From NCBI GenBank assembly GCA_016618085.1, contig JABLTG010000107.1:1-64000 (forward strand): 64,000 bases of DNA, in the 5' to 3' direction. The translations under genes and the position numbers were made by a program. The stretch is from Neovahlkampfia damariscottae (taxonomy: Eukaryota). Below the pieces are notes generated by a model that did no database searches, was not told where the DNA came from, and saw only the letters and a list, made by a program, of their open reading frames with translations. Below are positions 49,045 to 62,095 of the stretch, piece by piece (the stretch's first letter is position 1; the number at the start of each line of letters is the position of its first letter).

Positions 49045-51382
49045 ATGAGCAAATACTCAAACAAAGCACTGTTGTTTGGAATTGGAATAATATTCCATTT
49101 AATTTATTTATATAGCATATTTGATATTTATTTTAAATCACCAATTATTCATGGAATGCCAAATTATCAAATAAAACAACCAGGAATTTCCAAAAGAATT
49201 GTTTATATTGTTTCAGATGGTCTGAGAAGTGATAAACTATATAATAATATTAATCAATTTCCATTTTTTAAATCAATTATTAATGGTAATTCAAATCATG
49301 GAATTTCTCATACAAGAGTTCCTACAGAATCAAGACCTTGTCATGTTTCCATGATTTCTGGTTTTTATGAAGATGTATCAGCAGTATTTAATGGTTGGAA
49401 AGTCAATCCAGTTAAATTTGATTCAGTTTTTAATCAAAGTAATTTTGTTCTACAAATTGGATCACCTGATGTTGTTCAAATTTATAAAGGAGACAATATG
49501 GAATCACATTTTTATAAAGAAGAAATGGAAGATTTTTCAAGAGATCCAAAAGAATTAGATGAATGGGTATTCAAAAAATTTAACAAATTAAAAAATCACA
49601 AAAAATTAAAACAAGAAAAAGTATTTTTATTTCTTCATTTATTAGGAATGGATTCAGCAGGTCATTCTTTTAAACCAAATAGTCCAGAATATATTGAAGG
49701 TATTAAATATTTAGACTTGGAAATATCAAAATTATATAAAACTATTGAAGAAATGTTTCCAGATAAAAAAACAACTTATATCTTTACATCTGATCATGGT
49801 ATGACAGATAGAGGATCACATGGATCAGGTGAACTTGATTGTACAAGAACACCATTTATTTTATGGGGAAATGGAGTATTAAAATCAAATATTGATATTC
49901 AACAAGTTGATATGGCACCAATATTTGCATCATTTTTAGGAATACCTTATCCTTCGAATAATATTGGAAAATTACCAATACAGTTAATAAATTCAACTGA
50001 ATCTTATAAAATTGAAAATTTATGTGTTAACGCAAAACAGATATTTTCACAATTAGAAAGAAGAAAAGAATTAAAAAAATTATCATTTTTTCATTCAAAT
50101 TTTTATTTGAATTGGGATGATTCAATTGAATTGGATTTAAAAAATGAGAGATATTCATTGGTTAAAAATAAATGTGATAAAATGATATCAGAATCATTAA
50201 AAGGATTAGAATATTATCAAAAATATGATTGGCCATTATTAATGACTATAATAACCTGTGGATATTTTGGTTGGATAATCACATCTTTAAACCAATCATT
50301 TCATGTAAGAGAATATATTCTTCATTTTTCACCCTATTTAGTTTGACAAATATTCAATTTTTGTTTATATTTCATTTTCCATTTATTTTTTTATTCAAAA
50401 ATTTCCAATTTTATATTATATTTATATTTTATTTCCAATTTTATTTTTAAGAAAGATACCATTAAATTTTGAATTTTTAAATATTTCAAATTTATTCATT
50501 TTAGAATCAATTGTAGGTGGATATTTTTATCGTGAAATATTTTCATTATTATTTTTATATTTTTCAATTTCAAAAAGATCAATTTTGATTTCATTTTTAA
50601 GTATTTTTACAATATTACCATTAGATTTAACTGATAATAGATTAGTATTTTTAGGTGGAATTCTTTTAATTCTATTCATTAAAAACAAAAATTCAATCAT
50701 TTTATTTCAAAAACTATTAATCATTTTATCAATATTGATTGTTTATTTTACAGATAAATCATTAGAATTGAAACAAGGAAGTCCATTAGTATTATATAGT
50801 TGGATTTTATTTTTCTCTTCTTTTTTAATGTCAATATTTGTAAATGAAATTGAAAGTATTTGTTTAGGTTTTTCAATTCCATTGATTTTATTGAGTGTTT
50901 CATATGAAGTCATCTATTTTTTTATTCTTTCAATGATTTTATTAAAAGAAATTGATTATAAAAGTAAAGATTGTTCTTTACAATTTATAATGTTGATACA
51001 TGTTTCATTTTTTGGTTGTGGTAATTTAGCAAGTATTTCATCATTTCAATTATCATCGGTTTATAGATTTGTCACTATATTTAGTCCATTTTTAATGGCA
51101 ATATTATTAATTTTAAAAGTGATTATTCCAATGTTATTGGTTGTTATATTTTTTCATTCATTTAAAAAAAATCAAAATTTTTGGTTTGAGATTTTAGGAT
51201 TATCAGATTTTATGACATTAAATTTATTTTATTTGGTAAAAGATCAAGGTAGTTGGTTAGAAATTGGAAATTCAATAAGTCGATTTTGTATAATGAATTT
51301 ACAAATTATTGTTCAATTATTTCTATTTTTTATTGGAAAAATATTTTTAATAAAACGAACCAATGAAAAGAAAAATGAATAA
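49045..51382 (+). CDS. PIGN: GPI ethanolamine phosphate transferase 1 (PIG-N/Mcd4), 1 intron
   Basis: SIFDIYFKSP, DGLRSD, VPTESRPCH, HLLGMDSAGH, TSDHGM, GSWLEIGNSISRF. Confidence 0.95.
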
Positions 51383-51383
51383 T

Positions 51384-53660
51384 TTATTTTCTTGGTTCAA
51401 CTTTTAATGACATTTGATATAATTCTTCAGAATCAATTGATTCTTGAATCATTAATAAATTTCTTATTTCATTATAAATTAAAATTGAATATGATGTATT
51501 TTGGTAAAATTGAATATCTTTTAAAATATCAGCCAATAATTTACATTTTGAAAAATGAATTAAATCATTTTTTTTATCTGGATTTCCATCTTCAATGAAT
51601 GTTAGGTCTTTTAAATACATTCCAATATAAGGAACGCAAGGTGGAAATGAATCTTTTAATGCTGTTCTTAATCCTTTATAATTTGATAAAGAAGAAGTAA
51701 TATCTTTTAATCTTTCATATTCTGACATATATTTTTTTGGTACTAAATGCCATGTTTTTTTTAATCTAAATATTGGATTGGAATTTAATCCAGAAATTAA
51801 TCCAACTAATGCATTGAAACAATGAAGTTCTTCCAATCTCTTAAATAATTTAATAATTTTCAAAATTTACTTGTGCAATTTTAATGAATTTTGTTAAAAC
51901 TTGAGTTCTTTCTTTTACATCTTTTCTTTTTAAAATTTCAAAAGCAACCCAATCAGATAAAATATTTGATCTTTGAATCATAAAATTTATATTTGGTGCT
52001 TTTGCTTCTCTTGATTCATCTGTCCAATTTGAATTCAAAAATTCTTTTGATTTTAAATTTTTAAACATTGAAAATCTAAAAATAAGAGATTAGTAAGTAA
52101 TCTTAATTACTCAATTAAAGTAATTTGATTCGCAATTTCATCTTCTTTAAATTTTAATATTTGAGTTGTTTTATTTCTTGGATGTTTTACATAAATTTCA
52201 TTCCATTGTTGTTCTTCAAATGTAGTTCTTAAACGATTCATATGTGAAAAAGCTATTTTTGTTAATAATTCACCTTCTGCTTTCATTTTTGTTTTTATTA
52301 ATGATTTTGAAAATTCAATAAAATCATTTCTTAAATTTTTATCTTCTCTAAAATCAGAATAATGTTGTGATATCCATCTACTTAAAATTTGAGTTACACA
52401 TTTTCTGATTGGATAAAGTGTAGTTTTATAAAAAATTGCAAAATCTTCATTTGAAATATCAGATGAATTTGGTGGTGTATTATATCTCAATTCAATAACT
52501 TTTAATAATTCAGGTCCAGTTATAAAAGATCTATAAGTCAATAATAATGTATGTATTGCATCATGATTAATATCATATTCATTATTGGTAATCTTTTGAA
52601 CAATCTTTTCAACAGTTGCATATTTAATTCTTCCATTATCTTCAAATATTATATTACTATCATCATCTGTTTCTTCAAATTTAGAAAATATTTTTAAATC
52701 TTCTTCTTTGAATAATTTTTCAATATTTTCATCATCTTTACAATTAATATAATATTCCCATGGTGGTGATGTAAACTTTTTTACTTTTAAACTTTTTACT
52801 CTTTTCTTTTTTTCAGTTAATGTTTTTTCTTCTTTTATTTCATCAATTCTTGTTTCATTTGATTCAATAACTTCTTCAATTCTTGTTTTATCTTCTTCTT
52901 GTTCTGAAACTTCTTCTATTTTTGATACACCACCTGGTGATGATTTTTCACTTAAATCTGATGTTTTAATTTGTAATTGTGATGTATTTGGTGTTGTTGG
53001 TCCTGATTCTGTATCAAATACTTCAGGTGATTCTACAAATGATCCTCCTAAGAAATTATCTTCATCTTCTTCATCTTCGTCTTCTTCTTCATCATATTCA
53101 TCATCTCCTCCAGTTTGTTGAGAGTATTTTTCTTCTAATTCTTCAACTGCGTTATCTAATTTTTGTTTATTTTCCATGAGTGTATCCATTTCTTTTTGTA
53201 ATTCTTCCATTTGTTCTTGAATATCTCCTATTCTTTGTATGGTAAGGTCTCTTTCATTTTTCAACTCGTCAATATCATAAAGACTTGCTAATAATTTTGT
53301 TGTTGAAGAATTATTACCACGTGGAATTTCTATTCTTGTTGGTGCTAATTTTTTTTGTTGTTGTTGTTTTTTTCCTGCTAAAAGTTTTGACAATAAACCA
53401 ACTGCTCCACCTGGATTTTTTGGTGTATTTCTTCCAGAAGGTATTTCACTAACACTTCTACTCTTCTTGGAAGTTGGTGAACTATCATATGGAATTTCTA
53501 AAGTTGGTTCTTTCAATACAGATTCTTTTGGAGGTGAATTTGGTGACAAACCAAGTTTATCTTCTTTTGCTCTGGCTTGTTTCATAGCTTCTATAAAAGT
53601 TAGTAATTCATTAATAAATCACAAACCATAAGCACTAGCCTCTGTTTTACTCTCAAACAT
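51384..53660 (-). CDS. Coiled-coil + REM + RasGEF protein, 3 introns
   Basis: IKYATVEKIV, LLTYRSF, EIANQITLIE, PCVPYIGMYLKDLTFIEDGNPD. Confidence 0.92.
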
Positions 53661-53784
53661 CACCAATTTTTTTAGCCAATGATTCTTCTTCAACATGTGA
53701 ACGTTTTAAAAACTTAAAAAAATATCAAATGAATAAAAAAAAAAATTAAAATTCTATTTGACCATTTGAAAGTTTTATTGATCC

Positions 53785-55321
53785 TCATTTGTTATTTTTA
53801 CCAATCAATTCAATTTCGTTTGATTTATTTTTACCAAAACAGTCATCTAAAACTTTTTCAAGTCTTTGAAAGAATAATTTAATTTCCTCTTTTCTAATTC
53901 CAATAGCACATGCAATTGTTAAATATGCATGTGGATACTTGTTTGTATGAGAACCATATCCATCAAACTTGATTCCACAAATTTCTTTCTTTGTACCTGG
54001 TACGACAACTCTTGGACCTGAAATATTTCTATAAAATAATTTTGATCCAATCATACTTGGATCTTTAAAATTATCCAATGTCATAACGAATGATATTTCA
54101 TTACTTTTAGTTTTTAATATTTTTTCATTAAATTTCTTTGCAACCTTTTCAGCTTCATTTACAAATTCATTCAACATTGATTCTCTTTCTTTTAATAAAT
54201 CAATCCAACCATTTTCACCCAATGATAATAATGTTATAAAAATATCAAGAACAGATGAAATTGATCCTCTTCCTGAATAAACTTGAGCAACAGAATCAAT
54301 AAATTTATCATCACTTGATGCAATAATAGCACCACCAACAGGTACCATATAATTCTAAAAAAGGATTAAATTCTCCAAATAAAAACAAACCTTATCTGTA
54401 CTTTGAACAAATGCATCAACTCTACCTTGAACAGATGCTGTTGATAATTGATTCATTATTTTTCTACTTTGAATTCCATAAGCATTATTCACTACATGTG
54501 GAATATTATATTTTTTACATAATTTTGCAATGTCAATAACTCTATCAGGTAATCTAGGTGCAAAACATGATGTTGTGGACATTACACATAATATTTCATC
54601 TTTCATTTCAATCATTTTTTTTTCCATTTTATCTAAATCTGTGATTAATCCATCTTCATTTTCGTCAATCAATTTTTGTATCTTTTTGTTATCAGATTTT
54701 TTATCTTTTTGAAAATTTAATTCAACAACTTCTGGTGTTAAACTAGCTGTAAATATTGATTTAAAACATGATTTTTGATCAATTCTTGACCAAAGTACAT
54801 ATTTTCCTTTTTTGTTTTTTGAAGCTAATGTAGTAAAAACTAATGACAATGACATTCCAGTGCACATTGGTACAACTATACATTTCTTTGTTGATTGTCC
54901 ACCTGCTAACTTTATCGAATGTAAAACCATTAAATTTGTTAAACTTAAAATCAATGAACTTCCTGCTGCTTTTGGTTGATTTGCTGCAATATCTCCACTC
55001 CTAAAAAAAAATAAGTTGATATTCACTCTACCTTCCAATTCCATGAGTCAAGAAGTAATTTCTTTTTTGAACTAAACTACTATAAACTCTTCCTTCACGT
55101 TCACCAACACCAACATTTGTAGGATAATTATTTGAATCCATTTGTGATAATTGTGATATAAATAATTCAATTAAAGAGTCACTCCAACCTTCAAGAGGTA
55201 GTTTTCTTTGACTGAGTAAAGTTTGAATTTTTTTTTGTGTTTTTTGAACTGCTTGTTGAGACTGTTTGACATAATTTGTAGAAATTAAGTTTTCAGCCAG
55301 TTTAAAACAATCATCATTCAT
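53785..55321 (-). CDS. SEPSECS: O-phosphoseryl-tRNA(Sec) selenium transferase, 2 introns
   Basis: MDSNNY, GEREGRV, HGIGR|SGD, QPKAAGSS, RIDQKSC, HVVNNAYG, QSTDK|NYMVPVGG. Confidence 0.97.
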
Positions 55322-55391
55322 TGTGTGGACTTTGTTTGCAAGTTAAATGTAATTGGTCAATCTATATTCAATAAAGAAACTTTATTTTTGA

Positions 55392-56623
55392 CTAATCTGA
55401 ACTCATCAAAGATAAATCATGAATTTTACCACCCTTTTCAAGGTAGTTAAACCATTTAATTGGTTCATTTCCTAATTTAAAGTTTAAAACAAATTCGAAT
55501 TCTCTAACCTCTCAATTTCTTTTTTCGACTTTTTAAATCATCCATCAATTCATCATAAGAAATCCAAACAGATTGAAGTGATTCAAAATCCGACACGTTT
55601 TTTAAAGGAGCATCTTTATCTTTTGGTGTCGCATAAAATATACATCTTTGTTTTGCTCCACCTTAACAATTTAATTGATGATTTAAAATTACCATTTTTG
55701 TAAGGCCAATATTCAAAACCTAAAATACCTTCTAAATTCACATCAATACCTCCTTCTTCTTTGGTTTCTCTGATTGCTGCTTCAAAAAATGTTTCTCCTG
55801 CATCAACTCTACCAGCTGGCAACCACCTGGTAAAATATATTTAATATGATGATTTTCAATACCATCCAACTGAACATCCTTCTTGTACTAATAAATATTT
55901 TCCATTTGGATGTCTGCAAATAACCAAGGAAAATGAATAAACATCATTCATTTCCCTTTTTTTTTCAATCCTCGAATCTGGTCCATGTTCAAGAAATATA
56001 TGTGATGAGAAACCCCAACTTTCGTTTCCTTTCTTTTCATGGCATCTTTTTGAGTTATTTGCAATGCAAATAGGACATTTTGCAAAAAAAAACTCATCAC
56101 CATGAAATTTTGGATAATGATACCATAATTCATCTTCAGTGAATCCATTTACATAACAGCATGGACAATAAATATTACGAACTAAATGATTAAATCAATT
56201 GAAAAAGTTACTTTGTTTTGTTGGTGACTTAATTGTTGAAGAAGGAACTATAACCAATTCCCATTCATCTCCTTTGGTTGATAACTTGATTTCATCACTC
56301 TTTAAAGAAATAGATGAAGTACATTTGGAGTCAGTTCCAATGAATAAATTTCTTTTGTCTGTATCTGTTCTTTTTACAAACCAATTTCCTTCAATATTAT
56401 CTTTTAAACATAATTTATCATTATTTGTTGTGATGTTCAACTTTAGTTCATCTTTTATGACGTATTTGAAGTTCCAAACTGTTGAGTTTTTTTTTGTTTT
56501 TTCAAGACCAAGTTTACTTGAGTTTAAACATAAAAATGAATCTGTTTTGACATGTCTTATGTACACGTTGCATGGTGTTACTTCATTCTTTTCAAAAGAG
56601 TTATGATACTTCTCTTGCATCAT
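55392..56623 (-). CDS. Beta-trefoil-like + Di19-type zinc fingers + Nudix hydrolase, 4 introns
   Basis: Intron 56182-56211 joins ORF 56195-56623 to YCPCC...LWYHYPKFH...CPIC...HIFLEH and to Nudix box PAGRVDAGETFFEAAIRETKEEGG. Confidence 0.8.
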
Positions 56624-56997
56624 TTTGTTTTATCTCTAAAAATAATTACGAAAATGATTGGTTTATTTAATTCAATCATTCTCTTCCTGTTGATTTTTTA
56701 TTTCTTCCAATGAAAGAAAAATTGAAATAAATATCAGTCCATAAGTTTTAAATTTGTTTCTGTTAATTTGGTCAAAAGGTTGCATGATTTTTGAAATAAT
56801 TTATGCTTCTTTTCCAATTATTTTATCAACCAAGTTTCAAATTGTTCATCTGTCTAGTTCCAATAATCTTTACTTTTATCAGTTTATCACCTGATGAAAT
56901 ATTTTTGTATTGTTTGCATTTTTAGGAATATATTTTTCTAATTTATCAACATCATGTTTTAAGAATAAGATTATTGATATCCTTTTGATAATTTTCT

Positions 56998-57203
56998 TAC
57001 CATCTACTCCATTATTTCCAGGTCCACAAATAAAATAGGAATTTTTCAACGGTAAACATTTTAAAACATGTCAAGTCAAAAAGCTAATTCCATGAGATGG
57101 TCATTGAAAAACCTTGTTCTTCTGACATAAATACCAACACATCAGTTGACTCTTTTGTTTCAAAACTTAGTTATTTTAGAAAAAACAAACTGGTCACTCA
57201 CAT
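56998..57203 (-). pseudogene. YjeF_N / NAD(P)HX epimerase (NAXE-like) remnant
   Basis: GFS/DHLMELA and FICGPGNNGVDG motifs in different frames with a frameshift and TGA; downstream part unrecognisable. Confidence 0.65.
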
Positions 57204-57409
57204 GATTGATGTGAATGTTATGGTAATTAATTTTACCAAACTTAGAACCATCCAATAAAAACTAAACGGTTAAACTTTTTCTCGAATGATAAAAACTTTC
57301 AATCTCATAGATCCGTATAGTTTCTTTCTTGAATATTGACTTTGTATAAATCGGCCAATTGGCAGTCAATAATTCTAATCCAATCACATCGAGTTTTGGC
57401 GTAACGACG

Positions 57410-59685
57410 ATGAGTCTGCACAAAATAAATAAAGACCGAAAGAAAACGACATTGGATCATCAAGATAAATCAAAATTAGGTCCAACACAAAACTCAATAA
57501 AAAGAAAAGATTCAATTATCGGAATAATTTTTGGCGGAAAAAAGACAAAGAGCTTACAAAATGTGACTGCCATTCAATCAAACGAAGAAAGAAATGGAAG
57601 TTTTGGTAATATATTCAGCAGTAGAGGAGTGAAGAAGCAATCATCAGATTCCACCATGACATCACGTCGCGAGTCTGTAAAAAACTTTGTAACCATACCA
57701 GAAAAAGGTTTTATTTTTCATAAGATTAACATCTTTAGAATTTACTGATAAATTTAAAATTGAATTTGTATGTCATCCTGGTTCAACTTTAATTCGTCTT
57801 TTTCATCAATTTATATTCGAAGTAACACCTGAATTTGAAACCTATTCAACCTTTTATATACTCTTACACAAGACATTTGATCAAAAATCAAAGAATGAAA
57901 ATAGGCATCAAGAAACGAAAAATTTATTGACAAATTTTTTACAAGAAGATTCCAAAATAGATTTATCAAAAATAGATCAAAAAGAAAAGAAAAGAGTTTT
58001 TGATGATTTTGAAAAATGTTCACTTGAAAATCCACCTACAATTCAACTTTTTTCAAATATAACGAAAAAAATTCTGGAACTTCTGGAGGAAAACTCATTA
58101 GATAAATTTTTACAGTCTGAAATTTTTAGACATTACGCAGAAGAGTATTGTGGTGCTACTTATTTTGAAGGTACTTATTCTGTTGAAAAAGAAGAATATG
58201 AAGCCGAACAAAGAACAGGTTTAAAATATAAAAAAGTTTAACTTTTAAAAAGCAAAATCCACAAGTAGAGGAAAAGTAGATTTTATAAATCCAGCAGATT
58301 ATTATTTGACAGACTTTAAAGAATGTGAAAAATTAAAATTAGATACAAAAGATATTGAATTTTTTGAAGAAGAAATTGTTGAAACATCAACAAAATTAAA
58401 AGAAATAAAAAAGAAAAGGGAAGTTAAATGTGCAACACTTGATAAATTAGTTGAACAAGCAACAAATAATACACATATTGATCACAGTTTGATTTGTACA
58501 AGTATTAATCATTTTTTTACAAGATAATGAATTTCAATATGCTTTTCTTTTGACCTATAGATCATTTACAACACCACAAGAATTAATGGATAAATTAATT
58601 GTACGTTTTTTTACACCACCACCTGATGAAGTATCAATTGAAAATTTTGGAGATTGGCAAAAAGTACATTTACAAAAAACTAGACTTTTAGTTGCAAAAT
58701 TAATAAAATCATGGATGGAAAATCATTTTTATGATTTTGATGATGATAAAGAATTAGTTGCAAAATTAGCAAAATTTATAAATATGATGAAACAAACAAA
58801 AGGTGATTATTTTGCAAAATCATTACAACAAACATTAATTAAAATGAAATCTGAAGATCCAAATAAAAGTAAATTTGAAATTGATTCAACAAAATGTCCA
58901 AAATCAATAATACCAAAACAAATACCAAAAGAAATATTTGAATGGTCAGAAAAAGAAATTGCAAGACAAATATCTTTAATGGAATTTGATTTATATATTA
59001 AAATTGAACCAAAAGAATGTTTAAACAATAGTTGGACTCCAGAAAATAGACCAATAAAAGCACCAAATTTAAATGCTGTAATGGAATGGTTTAATAAATT
59101 ATCAAGATATGCATCATTTATAATTTTGAATCAAAAAGAAGATAAAAAAAGAGCATTAATGATTTCTAAAATAATAAGAACTGCCAATGAATGTAAATTA
59201 CTGAATAATTATAATGCATGTTTGGAATTAATATCTGCAACAACAATTACTCCAAGTAATTTATTAAACAAAAAATTAAATTATCTTTTTTAGTTTTTCG
59301 TTTGAAAAAAACATGGAAATTGGTTCCAAAAAAAGATTTAAATTTACAAGAAGAATTACTACAATATGTTTCATCAAAAGGAAATTTTAAAGTTTTAAGA
59401 GATGCACTATTAAAAATATCACCTCCTTGTATTCCTTATATTGGTTTGTTATTACGTGATTTAACCTATGCTGATGATACACATCCAAATCAATTGAATG
59501 AAAAAATTAATTTTAAAAAAAGAAAACAAATAGCAAGTTTAATCAGAGATTGGAAAAATAATTTAAATTCTCCTTATGCATTGTTAAAAATATCAGATTT
59601 ATCTGATCTGTTACTTGAAATACCAGAAATTGATGAATCCATTTTTGCAAAATTAAGTATGGAAGTAGAACCAAAGAAAGAATAA
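57410..59685 (+). CDS. RGS-like + REM + RasGEF protein, 4 introns
   Basis: LELLEENSLDKFLQSEIF (RGS C-terminus); VKCATLDKLV, LLTYRSF, EIARQISLME, PCIPYIGLLLRDL. Confidence 0.88.
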
Positions 59686-59708
59686 TCACATTTTAAAATT
59701 GATGTAAA

Positions 59709-61925
59709 TTAAAATTTTAATTTCAAATCTGAAATATCTCTTTCATCATCACTTGGATCATCACTTTCAATTGATTCTAAATCAAAATCAATATCTTTTT
59801 TTGTTTTTCTCATTTCAAATTTTTGATTTTTCAAAATAATTTCTTCATCTTCTTCCTCATTGGAATCTTCTTCCTCATCATCCTCTTCTTCTTCATTGGA
59901 ATCTTCATCCTCTTCCTCTTCATTGGAATCTTCTTCTTGATCAATTTCACCTTCAGATTCATCTCTTTCTTCATCATCTTCAGATTCCATTTCTTCTTCT
60001 TCTCCTTCTTCTCTGTCTTCGCTGGATGATGCCAATTCAATTTCATTTTCTACTTCTTCTTCTTCATCTGATTCAAAATCTCTTTCTCCTTGATAAACAA
60101 TAACCTCACTTTCTTGAACTTGTTCATCTTCTTCATCCGATTCCATTTCTTCTTCATCTTCATCTTCATCTTCATCATCTGACTCATTTTTAATTTCTTC
60201 TATTTCTTTGAATTTCCTTTTTTTTTCATTAAAATGTTCTTCATCAAAATCTTCTTGTTCTAATTTTCTTTTCAATGAATACTTTTCAATTGTTTCAGCA
60301 TGTGGAATATAAAGAGGTGCAGATCTTGGATGTAAATTTGTTTCAATTAAATTCAAACTCTTTTTTGAAATTGATGAAATTGATTGAATACCACTTAAAA
60401 TACCAATTCTAAATAATGAAATTGAAATATTAATAAAAGGTGATTGTGTATTAATAGTTGATGTATATAATAAAGTTGATTGTAATAATTCATAAAAATC
60501 AACAACTAAATCATTAATATTAATTATATTTTTATAATCATTCCAAGATTTCAATAAATTTATTAAAATTGAAGTTAATTCTGTTAATTTTGGTATCAAA
60601 TCAATAAATGTTACATTGACAAATGAAAATAATTTTGTTAAAGATTTTGTTGATATTTTTGTTAATTTCATTTCTTCATTTGTTAAAGAAAGTAACTTTT
60701 TTTGTTCTGATGAAGATGCAATTCTTGATTCAATTACACATCTATAACTTGTATTAAAATTTTTCAAATTTTCAATTAAAATTGGAAATATTTCAAATGA
60801 AAATAATTTTGAATAACCAATAACTGACATGAATAAACAAATTGAATTCAAAATTTGATGATAAAATTCAATATTTTTATAAATTTTCAATTTTTCAATT
60901 AAAATTAAACTTAAATTATTTGAATAAGGTAAAATATAACTTTTAAATGAAATTAAACTTATATTCAAAAGTAATAAAATTGAATTATGAAATATTGGTA
61001 TTACTTTCTTTACTGTTGTTTTTTTAATAGGATGATTATTAATATTTTGAAATTTTAATGTTTTTGAGTCAAGTAATAATGTACTCAAAATTAATTGGAT
61101 AATTGAATCAATATTAATTTGAATAATAAATGAAAATGAAGATGATAGTAATTTTGAAAGTGAAAAACAACAAAATTTAAATAATCTTCCAATTTCTTCA
61201 TTTGAATAATTTGTTTGTTTGACCAATAAACTTGAAGTATTATTTGTACCATCAGAAATGATAGATAATTTATGATTTTCAATTTTTCCTTCATCTTTAA
61301 TTGTTGCATAACATAAATTTAATAAATTTTGAATTGTTAATAATAAACGATTTGTAAATAATGTAAAATTAGATGAATTTAAACAACATGATGATAATAA
61401 ACTACCACATAACATACCAATAGTATCATCATTGGATAATAATCCTTCAAATGATAACTCAATAATTTCATTGATTAATTTAGATTGAACTCTATTTCCG
61501 AATTCTTTCATTATTTCATTTAATGCTAAATATACTCCTCCTTCATTGGATAATTTATTTATTTTTAAAAATGAGATATATTTTAAAAAATTTTGAATAA
61601 TTGTTTGTAATGGTTTGAATGAATCTTTTTCAATTATTTTTTCATTTGAGTTAAATAGTAAACAAAATGATTTAGAAATTGTTGTGCAAATTAATGATAA
61701 TAAAGATGTATCTAATGTTTTTCCTGATTTCTTTCCTGATTTTGTTGAGTTTTTTATGAAATTTGAAAGTGTTGTAATTGATTTTTGTTCAAGTAGTGGT
61801 GTTGGTGTCGATAAAAGTTGTGTCAGAACTTTAATTCTTGTTTTTGATAAATTGGTTAATTCTATATCAACAGTTTCACTTGAAAATAAGGAAGAAATTT
61901 CTTCATCCAAACTTTTTTGTAGCAT
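59709..61925 (-). CDS. RIX1/PELP1-like helical-repeat protein with acidic tail
   Basis: Leu-rich helical body, LHPRSAPL motif, long D/E tail; ATG 61925 preferred (CCAAT at 61939). Confidence 0.65.
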   Translation of the reverse strand: MLQKSLDEEISSLFSSETVDIELTNLSKTRIKVLTQLLSTPTPLLEQKSITTLSNFIKNSTKSGKKSGKTLDTSLLSLICTTISKSFCLLFNSNEKIIEKDSFKPLQTIIQNFLKYISFLKINKLSNEGGVYLALNEIMKEFGNRVQSKLINEIIELSFEGLLSNDDTIGMLCGSLLSSCCLNSSNFTLFTNRLLLTIQNLLNLCYATIKDEGKIENHKLSIISDGTNNTSSLLVKQTNYSNEEIGRLFKFCCFSLSKLLSSSFSFIIQINIDSIIQLILSTLLLDSKTLKFQNINNHPIKKTTVKKVIPIFHNSILLLLNISLISFKSYILPYSNNLSLILIEKLKIYKNIEFYHQILNSICLFMSVIGYSKLFSFEIFPILIENLKNFNTSYRCVIESRIASSSEQKKLLSLTNEEMKLTKISTKSLTKLFSFVNVTFIDLIPKLTELTSILINLLKSWNDYKNIININDLVVDFYELLQSTLLYTSTINTQSPFINISISLFRIGILSGIQSISSISKKSLNLIETNLHPRSAPLYIPHAETIEKYSLKRKLEQEDFDEEHFNEKKRKFKEIEEIKNESDDEDEDEDEEEMESDEEDEQVQESEVIVYQGERDFESDEEEEVENEIELASSSEDREEGEEEEMESEDDEERDESEGEIDQEEDSNEEEEDEDSNEEEEDDEEEDSNEEEDEEIILKNQKFEMRKTKKDIDFDLESIESDDPSDDERDISDLKLKF
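59845..59940 (-). repeat. Coding tandem repeat (EDSNEEE x3)
   Basis: Three copies of tcattggaatcttc within the acidic tail. Confidence 0.7.
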
Positions 61926-62095
61926 CTGTAAAATTCTCCAATGGGAACACTCCAAAATTTGTGGTTTAAAAAAAATAAATTTCTCTTTTTTTTTCATTTT
62001 GAAGGAAAAAAAAGATGAGTTGAGGTGAAAAAAACTTTGACCACTGAGAACAATCATCTAGAAAAAACCGTTGTCCAATCAGTGTTAACTTTTAG

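Noticed and set aside
53785..56623. Functional selenium gene cluster (SepSecS + Nudix)
   Set aside because: The Nudix gene has no in-frame TGA; adjacency is expected at this gene density.
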